From contig CATNEN010000001.1 of NCBI GenBank assembly GCA_950097015.1, positions 23,994,001 through 24,058,000 of the forward strand: a stretch of 64,000 nt of DNA. Direction: 5' to 3'. The position numbers were made by a program, and so were the translations under genes. Shown here one piece after another: positions 11,075 through 23,720 of the stretch. Every line of letters starts with the position of its first letter. The stretch's first letter is position 1. Under the pieces are notes generated by a model. The model saw only the letters and a program-made list of their open reading frames with translations. It ran no database searches and was not told the DNA's origin. The stretch comes from Macrostomum hystrix (taxonomy: Eukaryota; Animalia; Platyhelminthes).

Positions 11075-14000
11075 TTAAAGAGATGAAATTTTTACATCAG
11101 GCAAGCTGATCGCTTTTGAGTCGCTTTGAGCTTTGAGCACTTTTGAGTCGCTCACAGGTTCTTCATCATCAGCTGACGCTGCTTCCTTTGTTGCTAGCAG
11201 CAAGTCGAAGCTGGCAGTGGTGGCCCCAGCGCCTTTGGAATTTCGGCTGCGTTTGGCCGGCGGAGAGGCTGGATGGCGTTGTGCGACTGGATTGATTTCT
11301 AAGAAACGGATTTGAGCATCATTATATAGACATAATAAATGTTGTTTTACAGAATTTTAAAGTTTCAGGAATTCGAAGATTCTTTAGTTGGGATTCTTAG
11401 AATAGGAATTTAAAGTTGAGATTCTTAGAATAGGATCATTTAGTTGGGATTCTTAGAATAGGAATTTAAAGTTGAGATTCTTAGAATAGGATTCTTTAGT
11501 TGGGATTCTTAGAATAGGATTCTTTAGTTGGGATTCTTAGAATAGGATTATTTAGTTGGTATTCTTAGAATAGGATTCTTTAGTTGGTATTCTTAGAATA
11601 GGATTCTTTAGTTGGAATTCTTAGAATATGATTCTTTAGTTGGTATTCTTAGAATAGGATTCTTTAGTTGGGATTCTTAGAATAGGATTATTTAGTTGGG
11701 ATTCTTAGAATAGGATTATTTAGCTGGGATTCTTAGAATAGGATTCTTTAGTTGGGATTCTTAGAATAGGAATTTAAAGTTGAGATTCTTAGAATAGGAT
11801 TATTTAGTTGGGATTCTTAGAATAGGAATTTAAAGTTGAGATTCTTAGAATAGGAATTTAAAGTTGAGATTCTTAGAATAGGATTATTTAGTTGGGATTC
11901 TTAGAATAGGAATTTAAAGTTGAGATTCTTAGAATAGGATTCTTTAGTTGGTATTCTTAGAATAGGATTATTTAGTTGGGATTTTTAGAATAGGAATTTA
12001 AAGTTGAGATTCTTAGAATAGGATTCTTTAGTTGGGATTCTTAGAATAGGATTATTTAGCTGGGATTCTTAGAATAGGAATTTAAAGTTGAGATTCTTAG
12101 AATAGGATTATTTAGTTGGGATTCTTAGAATAGGATTCTTTAGTTGGGATTCTTAGAATAGGATTATTTAGTTGAGATTCTTGGAATAGGATTATTTAGT
12201 TGGAATTCTTAGAATAGGATTCTTTAGTTGGTATTCTTAGAATAGGATTCTTTAGTTGGAATTCTTAGAATATGATTCTTTAGCCCGGTTGCCAAAAAAA
12301 GTTGAATGGGCCACATTTTTTGGCCCACTAGTGGGCCAAAGTTTGGTTCTGAGCGGCCCACAGAAAGCCCACATTGACCCACGCTGACCCAGAAAGTGTT
12401 TAATGGCAGACACCGGGTCACACGGCGGCTCATACGGAGGCCCGTACAGGCCCGTACACGGCGGCCCACACAGGCCCATAAACGGCGGCCCTTACAGGCC
12501 CATACACGGCGGCCCATACAGGCCCGTACACGGCGGCCCATACAGGCCCATACACGGCGGCCCATTTTGGCTTGTATACACTGGCCCTTGATGGCCCATA
12601 TTGGCCCACAAATACTGCCACATATACCGGCCCACATTGGCCCACACATACTGGCCCATATTGGCCCACATATACTGCCACATATACTGGCCCATATTGG
12701 CCCACATATACTGGCCCATATTGGCCCACATATGCTGCCACATATACTGGCCCAAATTGGCCCACATATACTGGCCCATATTGGCCCACATATACTGGCC
12801 CATATTGGCCCACATACGCTGGTTCATATTGGCCCACATATACTGGCCCATATTGGCCCACATATGCTGGCCCATATTGGCTCACATATACTGGCCCATA
12901 TTGGCCCACATATACTGGCCCATATTGGCCCACATATACTGACCCATATACTGGCCCATATTGGCCCACATATACTGGCCCATATACTGGCCCATATTGG
13001 CCCACATATGCTGCCACATATACTGGCCCATATTGGCCCACATATACTGGCCCATATTGGCCCACATATGCTGCCACATATACTGGCCCATATTGGCCCA
13101 CATATGCTGCCACATATACTGGCCCATATTGGCCCACATATACTGGCCCATATTGGCCCACATATGCTGCCACATATACTGGCCCATATTGGCTCACATA
13201 TGCTGGCCCATATTGGCTCACATATGCTGGCCCATATTGGCTCACATATACTGGCCCATATTGGCTCACATATGCTGGCCCATATTGGCTCACATATGCT
13301 GGCCCATATTGGCTCACATATACTGGCCCATATTGGCTCACATATGCTGGCCCATATTGGCCCACATATACTGACCCATATACTGGCCCATATTGGCCCA
13401 CATATACTGGCCCATATTGGCTCACATATACTGGCCCATATACTGGCCCATATACTGGCCCATATTGGCCCACATATACTGGCCCATATTGGCCCACATA
13501 TGCTGGCCCATATTGGCTCACATATACTGGCCCATATTGGCCCACATATACTGGCCCATATTGGCCCACATATGCTGCCACATATACTGGCCCATATTGG
13601 CCCACATATACTGGCCCATATTGGCTCACATATGCTGGCCCATATTGGCTCACATATGCTGGCCCATATTGGCTCACATATACTGGCCCATATTGGCTCA
13701 CATATGCTGGCCCATATTGGCTCACATATGCTGGCCCATATTGGCTCACATATACTGGCCCATATTGGCTCACATATGCTGGCCCATATTGGCCCACATA
13801 TACTGACCCATATACTGGCCCATATTGGCCCACATATACTGGCCCATATTGGCTCACATATACTGGCCCATATACTGGCCCATATACTGGCCCATATTGG
13901 CCCACATATACTGGCCCATATTGGCCCACATATGCTGGCCCATATTGGCTCACATATACTGGCCCATATTGGCCCACATATACTGGCCCATATTGGCCCA

Positions 14001-17000
14001 CATATGCTGCCACATATACTGGCCCATATTGGCCCACATATACTGGCCCATATTGGCTCACATATGCTGGCCCATATTGGCTCACATATGCTGGCCCATA
14101 TTGGCTCACATATACTGGCCCATATTGGCTCACATATGCTGGCCCATATTGGCTCACATATGCTGGCCCATATTGGCTCACATATACTGGCCCATATTGG
14201 CTCACATATGCTGGCCCATATTGGCCCACATATACTGACCCATATACTGGCCCATATTGGCCCACATATACTGGCCCATATTGGCTCACATATACTGGCC
14301 CATATACTGGCCCATATACTGGCCCATATTGGCCCACATATACTGGCCCATATTGGCCCACATATGCTGGCCCATATTGGCTCACATATACTGGCCCATA
14401 TTGGCCCACATATACTGGCCCATATTGGCCCACATATGCTGCCACATATACTGGCCCATATTGGCCCACATACGCTGGTTCATATTGGCCCACATATACT
14501 GGCCCATATTGGCCCACATATGCTGGCCCATATTGGCCCACATATACTGGCCCATATTGGCTCACATATGCTGGCCCATATTGGCCCACATATGCTGGCC
14601 CATATTGGCCCACATACGCTGGTTCATATTGGCCCACATATACTGGCCCATATTGGCCCACATATGCTGGCCCATATTGGCCCACATATACTGGCCCATA
14701 TTGGCTCACATATGCTGGCCCATATTGGCTCACATATGCTGGCCCATATTGGCTCACATATGCTGGCCCATATTGGCCCACATATACTGGCCCATATTGG
14801 CCCACATATGCTGGCCCATATTGGCCCACATATACTGGCCCATATTGGCTCACATATGCTGGCCCATATTGGCCCACATATACTGACCCATATTGGCCCA
14901 TATTGGCCCACATATCCCAGCCTATATTGGCCTACATATACTGGCCCATATTGGCCCACATACGCTGGCCCATATTGGCTGGTCCATATATTATAGCGCA
15001 TGGGGCCAAAGTAATTACTAATTACTATAAAAAACAAGTACCTATTTCTCTTTAATACGGCTTGCCTCTTAAATATTTACTTGCCATGTAACTAATTGTG
15101 AATGGATTGTGAATGAGCAATGCTTGTATTGCGCAAAACTTGCACAGCAACATGTGTAGGATACAAGTAGGAAACAAATTAATAGAAAGATTGTAACGCA
15201 TGGATTGATTGGTTGACTGAAAGGTTCAGTCATGTAGGACACATTTGGTTTTCATAACCACATACTCTCCGCTGCATCTATAGTCTAGGTTTTCTTCTTC
15301 GCTTCAGCAGCTGACAGATCCCGCAATGGCCGCTTACGACGAGGCAACGACTTCATAGCTTCGATAGGCGCTTCAGGGGGTGTAGGGGGCATCTCGATTG
15401 CCCAAAACTGGGCAATAAACACGGCAAAATGAATGGACAGGTTATATTTCATTGTGATATTAAACAAAGTTACATCATTTGCGCTGTGCAACTTGGACTT
15501 TAAAGTCATAAAAAACGTATTCGAATGCTAGTGAAAAAACAATCCATTTATCTAGCCATTGACAAGCATACGCATTGGCTATTTAAATCCTTTTGCATGA
15601 GCCAATATGGGCCAGTATATGTGGGCCAATATGGGCCAGCATATGTGAGCCAATATGGGCCAGTATATGTGGGCCAATATGGGCCAGCGTATGTGGGCCA
15701 ATATAGGCCAGTATATGTGGGCCAATATGGGCCAGTATATGTGAGCCAATATGGGCCAGTATATGTGGGCCAATATGGGCCAGTATATGTGGGCCAATAT
15801 GGGCCAGTATATGTGGGCCAATATGGGCCAGCATGTGAGCCAATATGGGCCAGTATATGTGAGCCAATATGGGCCAGTATATGTGGGCCAATATGGGCCA
15901 GCGTATGTGGGCCAATATGAGCCAGTATATGTGGGCCAATATGGGCCAGTATATGTGGCACTATATGTGGGCCAATATGGGCCAGTATATGTGGCAGTAT
16001 ATGTGGGCCAATATGGGCCAGTATATGTGGGCCAATATGGGCCAGTATATGTGGCAGTATATGTGGGCCAATATGGGCCAGTATATGGGCCAGTATATGT
16101 GGGCCAATATGGGCCAGTATATGTGAGCCAATCTGGGTCAGCATATGTGGGCCAATATGGGCCAGCGCATGTGGGCCAATATGGGCCAGCATTCTTGGGT
16201 CACAATAGTGGGCCGAAAGTGGGCTGAATTGGACATTCGGCTCGTTATATGGGCCAATTATTAATGGGCTCTTAATGGGCCTATGTGGGCCACTTGTTGG
16301 CCCATCTATATGTGGGCCGAAACTGGGCAAAAAGCCCGCAAATTGGGCTAAAAGGCACTGGCCCACTGTTGGCCCACTGAAAAGCCCATACTTGCATGAA
16401 AAAAGCCCTTTGGTTTGGCAACCGGGTAGTTGGTATTCTTAGAATAGGATTCTTTAGTTGGGATTCTTAGAATAGGATTCTTTAGTTGGGATTCTTAGAA
16501 TAGGATTATTTAGCTGGGATTCTTAGAATAGGAATTTAAAGTTGAGATTCTTAGAATAGGATTATTTAGTTGGGATTCTTAGAATAGGAATTTAAAGTTG
16601 AGATTCTTAGAATAGGAATTTAAAGTTGAGATTCTTAGAATAGGATTATTTAGTTGGGATTCTTAGAATAGGAATTTAAAGTTGAGATTCTTAGAATAGG
16701 AATTTAAAGTTTAGATTCTTAGAATAGGATTATTTAGTTGGGATTCTTAGAATAGGAATTTAAAGTTGAGATTCTTAGAATAGGATTATTTAGTTGGGAT
16801 TCTTAGAATAGGATTATTTAGTTGGGATTTTTAGAATAGGATTATTTAGTTGGGATTTTTAGAATAGGATTATTTAGTTGGGATTTTTAGAATAGGAATT
16901 TAAAGTTGAGATTCTTAGAATAGGATTATTTAGTTGGGATTCTTAGAATAGGAATTTAAAGTTGAGATTCTTAGAATAGGAATTTAAATTTGAGATTCTT

Positions 17001-20000
17001 AGAATAGGAATTTAAAGTTGAGATTCTTAGAATAGGATTATTTAGTTGGGATTCTTAGAATAGGAATTTAAAGTTGAGATTCTTAGAATAGGATTATTTA
17101 GTTGAGATTCTTAGAATAGGATTATTTAGTTGAGATTCTTAGAATAGGATTATTTAGTTGGGATTTTTAGAATAGGAATTTAAAGTTGAGATTCTTAGAA
17201 TAGGATTATTTAGCTGGGATTCTTAGAATAGGATTATTTAGCTGGGATTCTTAGAATAGGAATTTAAAGTTGAGATTCTTAGAATAGGATTATTTAGTTG
17301 GGATTCTTAGAATAGGATTATTTAGTTGGGATTCTTAGAATAGGATTATTTAGTTGGGATTCTTAGAATAGGATTATTTAGCTGGGATTCTTAGAATAGG
17401 ATTATTTAGTTGAGATTCTTAGAATAGGATTATTTAGTTGGGATTTTTAGAATAGGAATTTAAAGTTGAGATTCTTAGAATAGGAATTTAAAGTTGAGAT
17501 TCTTAGAATAGGAATTTAAAGTTGAGATTCTTAGAATAGGAATTTAAAGTTGAGATTCTTAGAATAGGATTATTTAGTTGGGATTCTTAGAATAGGAATT
17601 TAAAGTTGAGATTCTTAGAATAGGATTATTTAGTTGAGATTCTTAGAATAGGATTATTTAGTTGAGATTCTTAGAATAGGATTATTTAGTTGGGATTTTT
17701 AGAATAGGAATTTAAAGTTGAGATTCTTAGAATAGGATTATTTAGTTGGGATTCTTAGAATAGGATTATTTAGCTGAAATTCTTAGAATAGGATTATTTA
17801 GCTGGGATTCTTAGAATAGGATTATTTAGTTGGGATTCTTAGAATAGGATTATTTAGTTGAGATTCTTAGAATAGGATTATTTAGTTGGGATTTTTAGAA
17901 TAGGAATTTAAAGTTGAGATTCTTAGAATAGGATTATTTAGTTGGGATTCTTAGAATAGGATTATTTAGTTGGGATTCTTAGAATAGGATTATTTAGTTG
18001 GGATTCTTAGAATAGGATTATTTAGCTGGGATTCTTAGAATAGGAATTTAAAGTTGAGATTCTTAGAATAGGATTATTTAGTTGGGATTCTTAGAATAGG
18101 AATTTAAAGTTGAGATTCTTAGAATAGGAATTTAAAGTTGAGATTCTTAGAATAGGATTATTTAGTTGGAATTCTTAGAATATGATTCTTTAGTTGGTAT
18201 TCTTAGAATAGGATTCTTTAGTTGGGATTCTTAGAATAAGAATTTAATTTGAGATTCTTAGAATAGGATTCTTTTGTTGGGATTCTTAGAATGGGATTTT
18301 TTGGCGTGGATCATCGGAATGGGATTTCTTGGCGTGGATTATTAGAATGGGATTTTTACTTGTGATTATTTATATGTTGCAATTAATTCTCCTGTTGGCA
18401 TTTTAAATATGGAATTCGATTTTTGGGATTATCAGGATGCCAGACTCAGTGCTCTGTACAATATGAACTCAAACTCACCATCAGGCAGTCGGCGCACACC
18501 TGATGTGTTTCTGTCGCTGCCGCGGCCGCAGACGCCGCAGACTACGGACAGGACGAAGTCGCACTCGGCCGTGACTCGGCTCTTCAAGTCCACAACCCGG
18601 AGACAGCACTTCAGCCGCTCGATCTGCTGCTGTCTTCGATGAAATTCAGGCGGCAAGTTTGAGTTGTCGATGCGTGGTACGCTCACCGACATCAGTTGCT
18701 GCGCGAGGCGGGTTAGGATAGACAGTTTTTGATTGACTGGTTAACAGCAGAACTACCAAGGGGGATTTCCCCCTGATAATTTTAGCGCTGCACCCGAACG
18801 GAGCAGCGCAAGCACACGAAACTCAAGAACACTGCCCAAATTTTTGTTGCGCATCTTCTGATAAAATAATCAAGTCGCCAGCTCTTCAGACCGTCGAGAT
18901 ATTCAATGGTTCTGGCCGAAGGGCAGATTTTCCCCATAAGCGCTAGTGTATTTCATACACCCAAATACACAAATTACTAGGGGTGTCCCAAAAGTTCCCG
19001 GAATGTCCGAGGTAGCTCTTCAACGGAGCCATGAAATTTCATGCCCATTGTGTCAAATGAAAGGAAATTTTGTCACAAAGAAAACAAAGTTAAAATCATG
19101 TTCATATCCGTTGAAGAGCTACCTTGGACATTCCGGGAACTTTTGGGACACCCCTCGTAGCACTGCGCCTCAGTGCGGCCTTGCCAGGCCTTCAAACTTT
19201 ATCAGCACGTCAGCCGAATGTTCCTGCATCATCTCCGTCTTCGGTGGTCACCTACCTTCAGTGGCTACAACAGATGGAACTAGGCCATTATGGACACCCT
19301 GACGCGAATTTCTCTAATTTCACTGATCGCATTCGAGCGTTGCCAAATGCCATAATAAAAATAACGCGGGCCCATCATTTGGTGACACTCCTGAGCACAC
19401 ACTCACACAGGTGTGTACATCTGCCCTGACTTTTTCATCGTCAGGCAGTGTACACTCTCACTGTGCCTTGGAGGTTGGCCCTCAAGGGCGTGAATTGCAC
19501 GACAAGCCCCCAAAGCCTTCTCTCCGCGGCTGCGCCCCCAAATGTGGCCTCGCCGGGGAATCGAACTCAGGGATCTTGGAACTTGGACCCCAATAACACC
19601 AATGATTTGGTTGCTTGACAAATTTTGATAAATTTAGGTTTAACTGACGAAAAAGCTACGTACTGATTGAGGATACACTTAAAATACATTCTAGCTTCAG
19701 AAGATAACCTTAACGCGTTAAAAAATGTAACATTTGAGCAACCTTTTTCATCCAGAGAACGTGGCAACGAGCTATTTCGGCACCCTCGAAGTCCAGCACT
19801 GCGCCATATTGCGACTGGTCGAAATCTGAAATCATTATCGATTATTGACAATTCAAAACAACATCGTTACAAATGATTCATTTTGAAGTCGCGCACTTAC
19901 GAGGCAATGTGTCTTTAAACAGCAGCCAGACCTCCTGTTCATTGGCTTCAATCAGGCCTTCATTGGGATGAATTTCTTCTATCTCGAGTTTCGTTTGGAA

Positions 20001-22053
20001 TTCTGAAATTTCAGGAAGACATCTAGAATGATTTGTTTAAGGCCCTTAAGCAATGAAACAGTTTTATGAATACTCACTTATATCCGATATTATATCGGTC
20101 TGTGCTATGGCGCCCTTGCAAGTCACCGTTTTACCGTTCATGTCCACATAGTAGGCTTGGAATACAAGGCGCAGTTCACGAGCATTCCTGGGCGTGTACT
20201 TCACTTCTGAGGATTTCTCTGCGGATTGGAGACACAATGGTCAAATCGAGTCGGTAGTTTAATTTCAGGACTGCTCAAATACAGTCAGTCAGGAGCACTT
20301 CAGAAGTGCTCAAATTGAGTCAGTCAACTTCAGGAGTGCTCAAATTGAGTCAGTCAACTTCAGGAGTGCTCAAATCGAGTCAGTTAACTTCAGGTATGCT
20401 CAACTTCAGGAGTGCTCAAATCGAGTCAGTTAACTTCAGGTATGCTCAACTTCAGGAGTGCTCAAATCGAGTCAGTTAACTTCAGGTATGCTCAACTTCA
20501 GGAGTGCTCAAATTGAGACAGTTAACTTCAGGTATGCTCAACTTCAGGAGTGCTCAAATCGAGTCAGTTAACTTCAGGTATGCTAAACTTCAGGAGTGCT
20601 CAAATCGAGTCAGTTAACTTCAGGTATGCTCAACTTCAGGAGTGCTCAAATCGAGTCAGTTAACTTCAGGTATGCTCAACTTTAGGAGTGCTCAAATTGA
20701 GACAGTCAACTTTAGGAGTGCTCAAATTCAGACAGTCAACTTTAGGAGTGCTCAAATTGAGACAGTCAACTTCAGGAGTGCTCAAATTGAGACAGTCAAC
20801 TTTAGGAGTGCTCAAATTGAGACAGTCAACTTTAGGAGTGCTCAAATTGAGCCAGTCAACTTCAGGAGTGCTCAAATTGAGACAGTCAACTTTAGGAGTG
20901 CTCAAATTGAGACAGTCAACTTTAGGAGTGCTCAAATTGAGTTGCCATATATTAGCCAATTACACTTAACATCTATCAACTAAGTGTGAGAAGTATAATA
21001 AAGTGTTAAACTCACTGTTAAACGGATTAAACTGTATTGCTTCACGTCGTTTCACAGCCTCTTTGAGTCGGTCGCCAACTTGAGGCACACAGACGAGGGA
21101 CACTTTCTCCAGGCTGGAAATGTAAGGACGAGATTAATGAAAAATGAAGTGAGGGTAAACATGAGAGAGACAGTGAGCCTAGAGACAGTGAGGTCAGAGT
21201 CAGTGAGGTCAGGGACAGTGAGGTCAGAGACAGTGAGGTCAGGGACAGTGAGGTCAGAGACAGTGAGGTCAGGGACAGTGAGGTCAGAGACAGTGAGTTC
21301 AGAGACAGTGAGGTCAGAGACAGTGAGGTCAGGGACAGTGAGGTCAGGGACAGTGAGGTCAGGGACAGTGAGGTCAGGGACAGTGAGGTCAGGGACAGTG
21401 AGGTCAGGGACAGTGAGGTCAGGGACAGTGAGGTCAGAGACAGTGAGGTCAGAGACAGTGAGGTCAGGGACAGTGAGGTCAGAGACAGTGAGTTCAGAGA
21501 CAGTGAGTTCAGAGACAGTGAGGTCAGGGACAGTGAGGTCAGGGACAGTGAGTTCAGAGACAGTGAGTTCAGAGACAGTGAGGTCAGGGACAGTGAGGTC
21601 AGGGACAGTGAGGTCAGGGACAGTGAGGTCAGGGACAGTGAGGTCAGGGACAGTGAGGTCAGGGACAGTGAGGTCAGAGACAGTAAGAGTAGAGATGGGG
21701 AAGACGGTAAGGTTGAAGATTGGCCCAGCAAGTTCGTGAGCTCACGCAATCTCAAACTCGGCCCTGCCCTTATCAGCAGGTGTGAGATCTTTGCGCCACT
21801 GGAAGGCGCCACTTTCGCAGGATTCGCCGTGCATGTAGAAGGGGTGGGGATAGCCGTCCGGGCTGACCGTGCCGCCGATGACAATGACGCTGCGGTGCAC
21901 GGAGACATCGGCGCCGCTGAGGACCAGGCGTACGCAGCTTTTGCTGCCTGATCGGCCGTACAGAAGCCCTCCAAGCTTGCCGCCAGCAATCTCGGTCTCG
22001 TAGCGAAACCGGTGATACTGAGCTGGCTGCTCAACTATTCGAAGGGTCAGCAT
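11075..22053 (-). CDS. Rel/NF-kB-like transcription factor gene A (7 exons, about 391 aa): RHD + IPT/TIG + NLS-like PPAKRSR
   Basis: Exons 22053-21746, 21113-21016, 20218-20078, 20002-19901, 19825-19743, 18698-18479 and 11298-11075. All introns are GT-AG with phases 2,1,1,1,0,1, identical to gene B, giving an open 1176-nt frame. Motifs: LRIVEQPAQYHRFRYETE, YPHPFYMHGESCESG, LEKVSLVCV..AVKRREAIQFNPF, LRLVFQAY, TDIISD, and IPT-like LEIEEIHPNEG..EVWLLF. Confidence 0.88.
11378..18355. repeat. 28-bp (2 x 14-bp) minisatellite (gggattcttagaataggattatttagtt)n in intron 6 of gene A, split by a DNA transposon
   Basis: Arrays at about 11378-12283 and 16427-18355 rejoin in register once the insert is removed. 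Confidence 0.95.
12284..16426. mobile_element. Non-autonomous foldback-like DNA transposon (probably CMC/CACTA-EnSpm-like), 4143 bp
   Basis: 13-bp perfect TIRs CCCGGTTGCCAAA...TTTGGCAACCGGG. 3-bp TSD TAG at 12281-83 and 16427-29. Inverted subterminal arrays of ggcccatattggcccacatatact at about 12590-14990 (+) and 15597-16190 (-). No transposase ORF. Confidence 0.88.
18977..19157. mobile_element. Tc1/mariner-type MITE, 181 bp, in intron 5 of gene A
   Basis: About 50-bp TIRs C(T/G)AGGGGTGTCCCAAAAGTTCCCGGAATGTCC..GGTAGCTCTTCAACGGA, with TA on both sides (18975-76 and 19158-59). Confidence 0.9.
19374..19590 (-). mobile_element. Partial copy of tRNA-derived SINE family 1
   Basis: Matches 27846-28189 and 39822-40170 (gtgtacatctgccctgac..., aagccttctctccgcggctgcgcc). 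Confidence 0.8.
20262..20942. repeat. 30-bp and 47-bp minisatellite (gtcaactttaggagtgctcaaattgagaca) in intron 2 of gene A
   Basis: Direct tandem periodicity. Confidence 0.93.
21165..21684. repeat. 15-bp minisatellite (gacagtgaggtcagR)n in intron 1 of gene A
   Basis: About 34 units; source of the SLSLT and TVRSG ORFs. Confidence 0.95.
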
Positions 22054-22319
22054 GGCTGAGGTCCTGGCTTTGAACCAGAAATGCAACACTAGTGTGCTAT
22101 GATCAGAGACGAATGATTAGATATACTTGGCAGCATTGGAGCTGAAATATGGGAAAATGTAAGACAAGTTGGTTTTAATCTTGTATGGGGATTCCATTTC
22201 AATCCCTAACACATTTATGGGGGCTTAGTTATCGAGGCAGCGAATAGATTATTGGATTCTGCGGATTAGTGATGCTGAATGATAAATCCCAGGGTTCTGG
22301 GGATTAGATAGGCAGCTAA

Positions 22320-23720
22320 TAAATCATGGTTCTAGGGGTTTATTTAGACAGGCTGCTAATAACCCATGGTTCTAGGAGTTTATTTAGACAGGCTGCTAAT
22401 AACCCATGGTTCTAGGAGTTTATTTAGACAGGCTGCTAATAACCCATGGTTCTAGGAGTTTATTTAGACAGGCTGCTAATAACCCATGGTTCTAGGAGTT
22501 TATTTAGACAGGCTGCTAATAACCCATGGTTCTAGGGGTTTATTTAGACAGGCTGCTAATAACCCATGGTTCTAGGAGTTTATTTAGACAGGCTGCTAAT
22601 AACCCATGGTTCTAGGAGTTTATTTAGACAGGCTGCTAATAACCCATGGTTCTAGGAGTTTATTTAGACAGGCTGCTAATAACCCATGGTTCTAGGAGTT
22701 TATTTAGACAGGCTGCTAATAACCCATGGTTCTAGGAGTTTATTTAGACAGGCTGCTAATAACCCATGGTTCTAGGGGTTTATATAGACAGGCTGCTAAT
22801 AACCCATGGTTCTAGGAGTTTATTTAGACAGGCTGCTAATAACCCATGGTTCTAGGAGTTTATTTAGACAGGCTGCTAATAACCCATGGTTCTAGGGGTT
22901 TATTTAGACAGGCTGCTAATAACCCATGGTTCTAGGAGTTTATTTAGACAGGCTGCTAATAACCCATGGTTCTAGGAGTTTATTTAGACAGGCTGCTAAT
23001 AACCCATGGTTCTAGGAGTTTATTTAGACAGGCTGCTAATAACCCATGGTTCTAGGAGTTTATTTAGACAGGCTGCTAATAACCCATGGTTCTAGGAGTT
23101 TATTTAGACAGGCTGCTAATAACCCATGGTTCTAGGGGTTTATATAGACAGGCTGCTAATAACCCATGGTTCTAGGAGTTTATTTAGACAGGCTGCTAAT
23201 AACCCATGGTTCTAGGAGTTTATTTAGACAGGCTGCTAATAACCCATGGTTCTAGGAGTTTATTTAGACAGGCTGCTAATAACCCATGGTTCTAGGGGTT
23301 TATTTAGACAGGCTGCTAATATCCCATGGTTCTAGGGGTTTATTTAGACAGGCTGCTAATAACCCATGGTTCTAGGAGTTTATTTAGACAGGCTGCTAAT
23401 AACCCGTGGTTCTAGGAGTTTATTTAGACAGGCTGCTAATAACCCATGGTTCTAGGAGTTTCTTTAGACAGGCTGCTAATAACCCATGGTTCTAGGGGTT
23501 TATTTAGACAGGCTGCTAATATCCCATGGTTCTAGGGGTTTATTTAGACAGGCTGCTAATAACCCATGGTTCTAGGGGTTTATATAGACAGGCTGCTAAT
23601 AACCCATGGTTCTAGGGGTTTATTTAGACAGGCTGCTAATAACCCATGGTTCTAGGGGTTTATTTAGACAGGCTGCTAATAACCCATGATTCTATGGGTT
23701 TATTTAGACAGGCCGCTAAC
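22320..23720. repeat. 40-bp minisatellite (tatttagacaggctgctaataacccatggttctaggagtt)n upstream of gene A
   Basis: About 35 near-identical units. Confidence 0.96.

Noticed and set aside
12396-15055. 800+ aa repetitive ORFs (HIGP, YVGQYGP, TGPYWPT) resembling adhesive or structural proteins
   Set aside because: Open in multiple frames on both strands and contained within the subterminal array of a TIR/TSD-bounded transposon.
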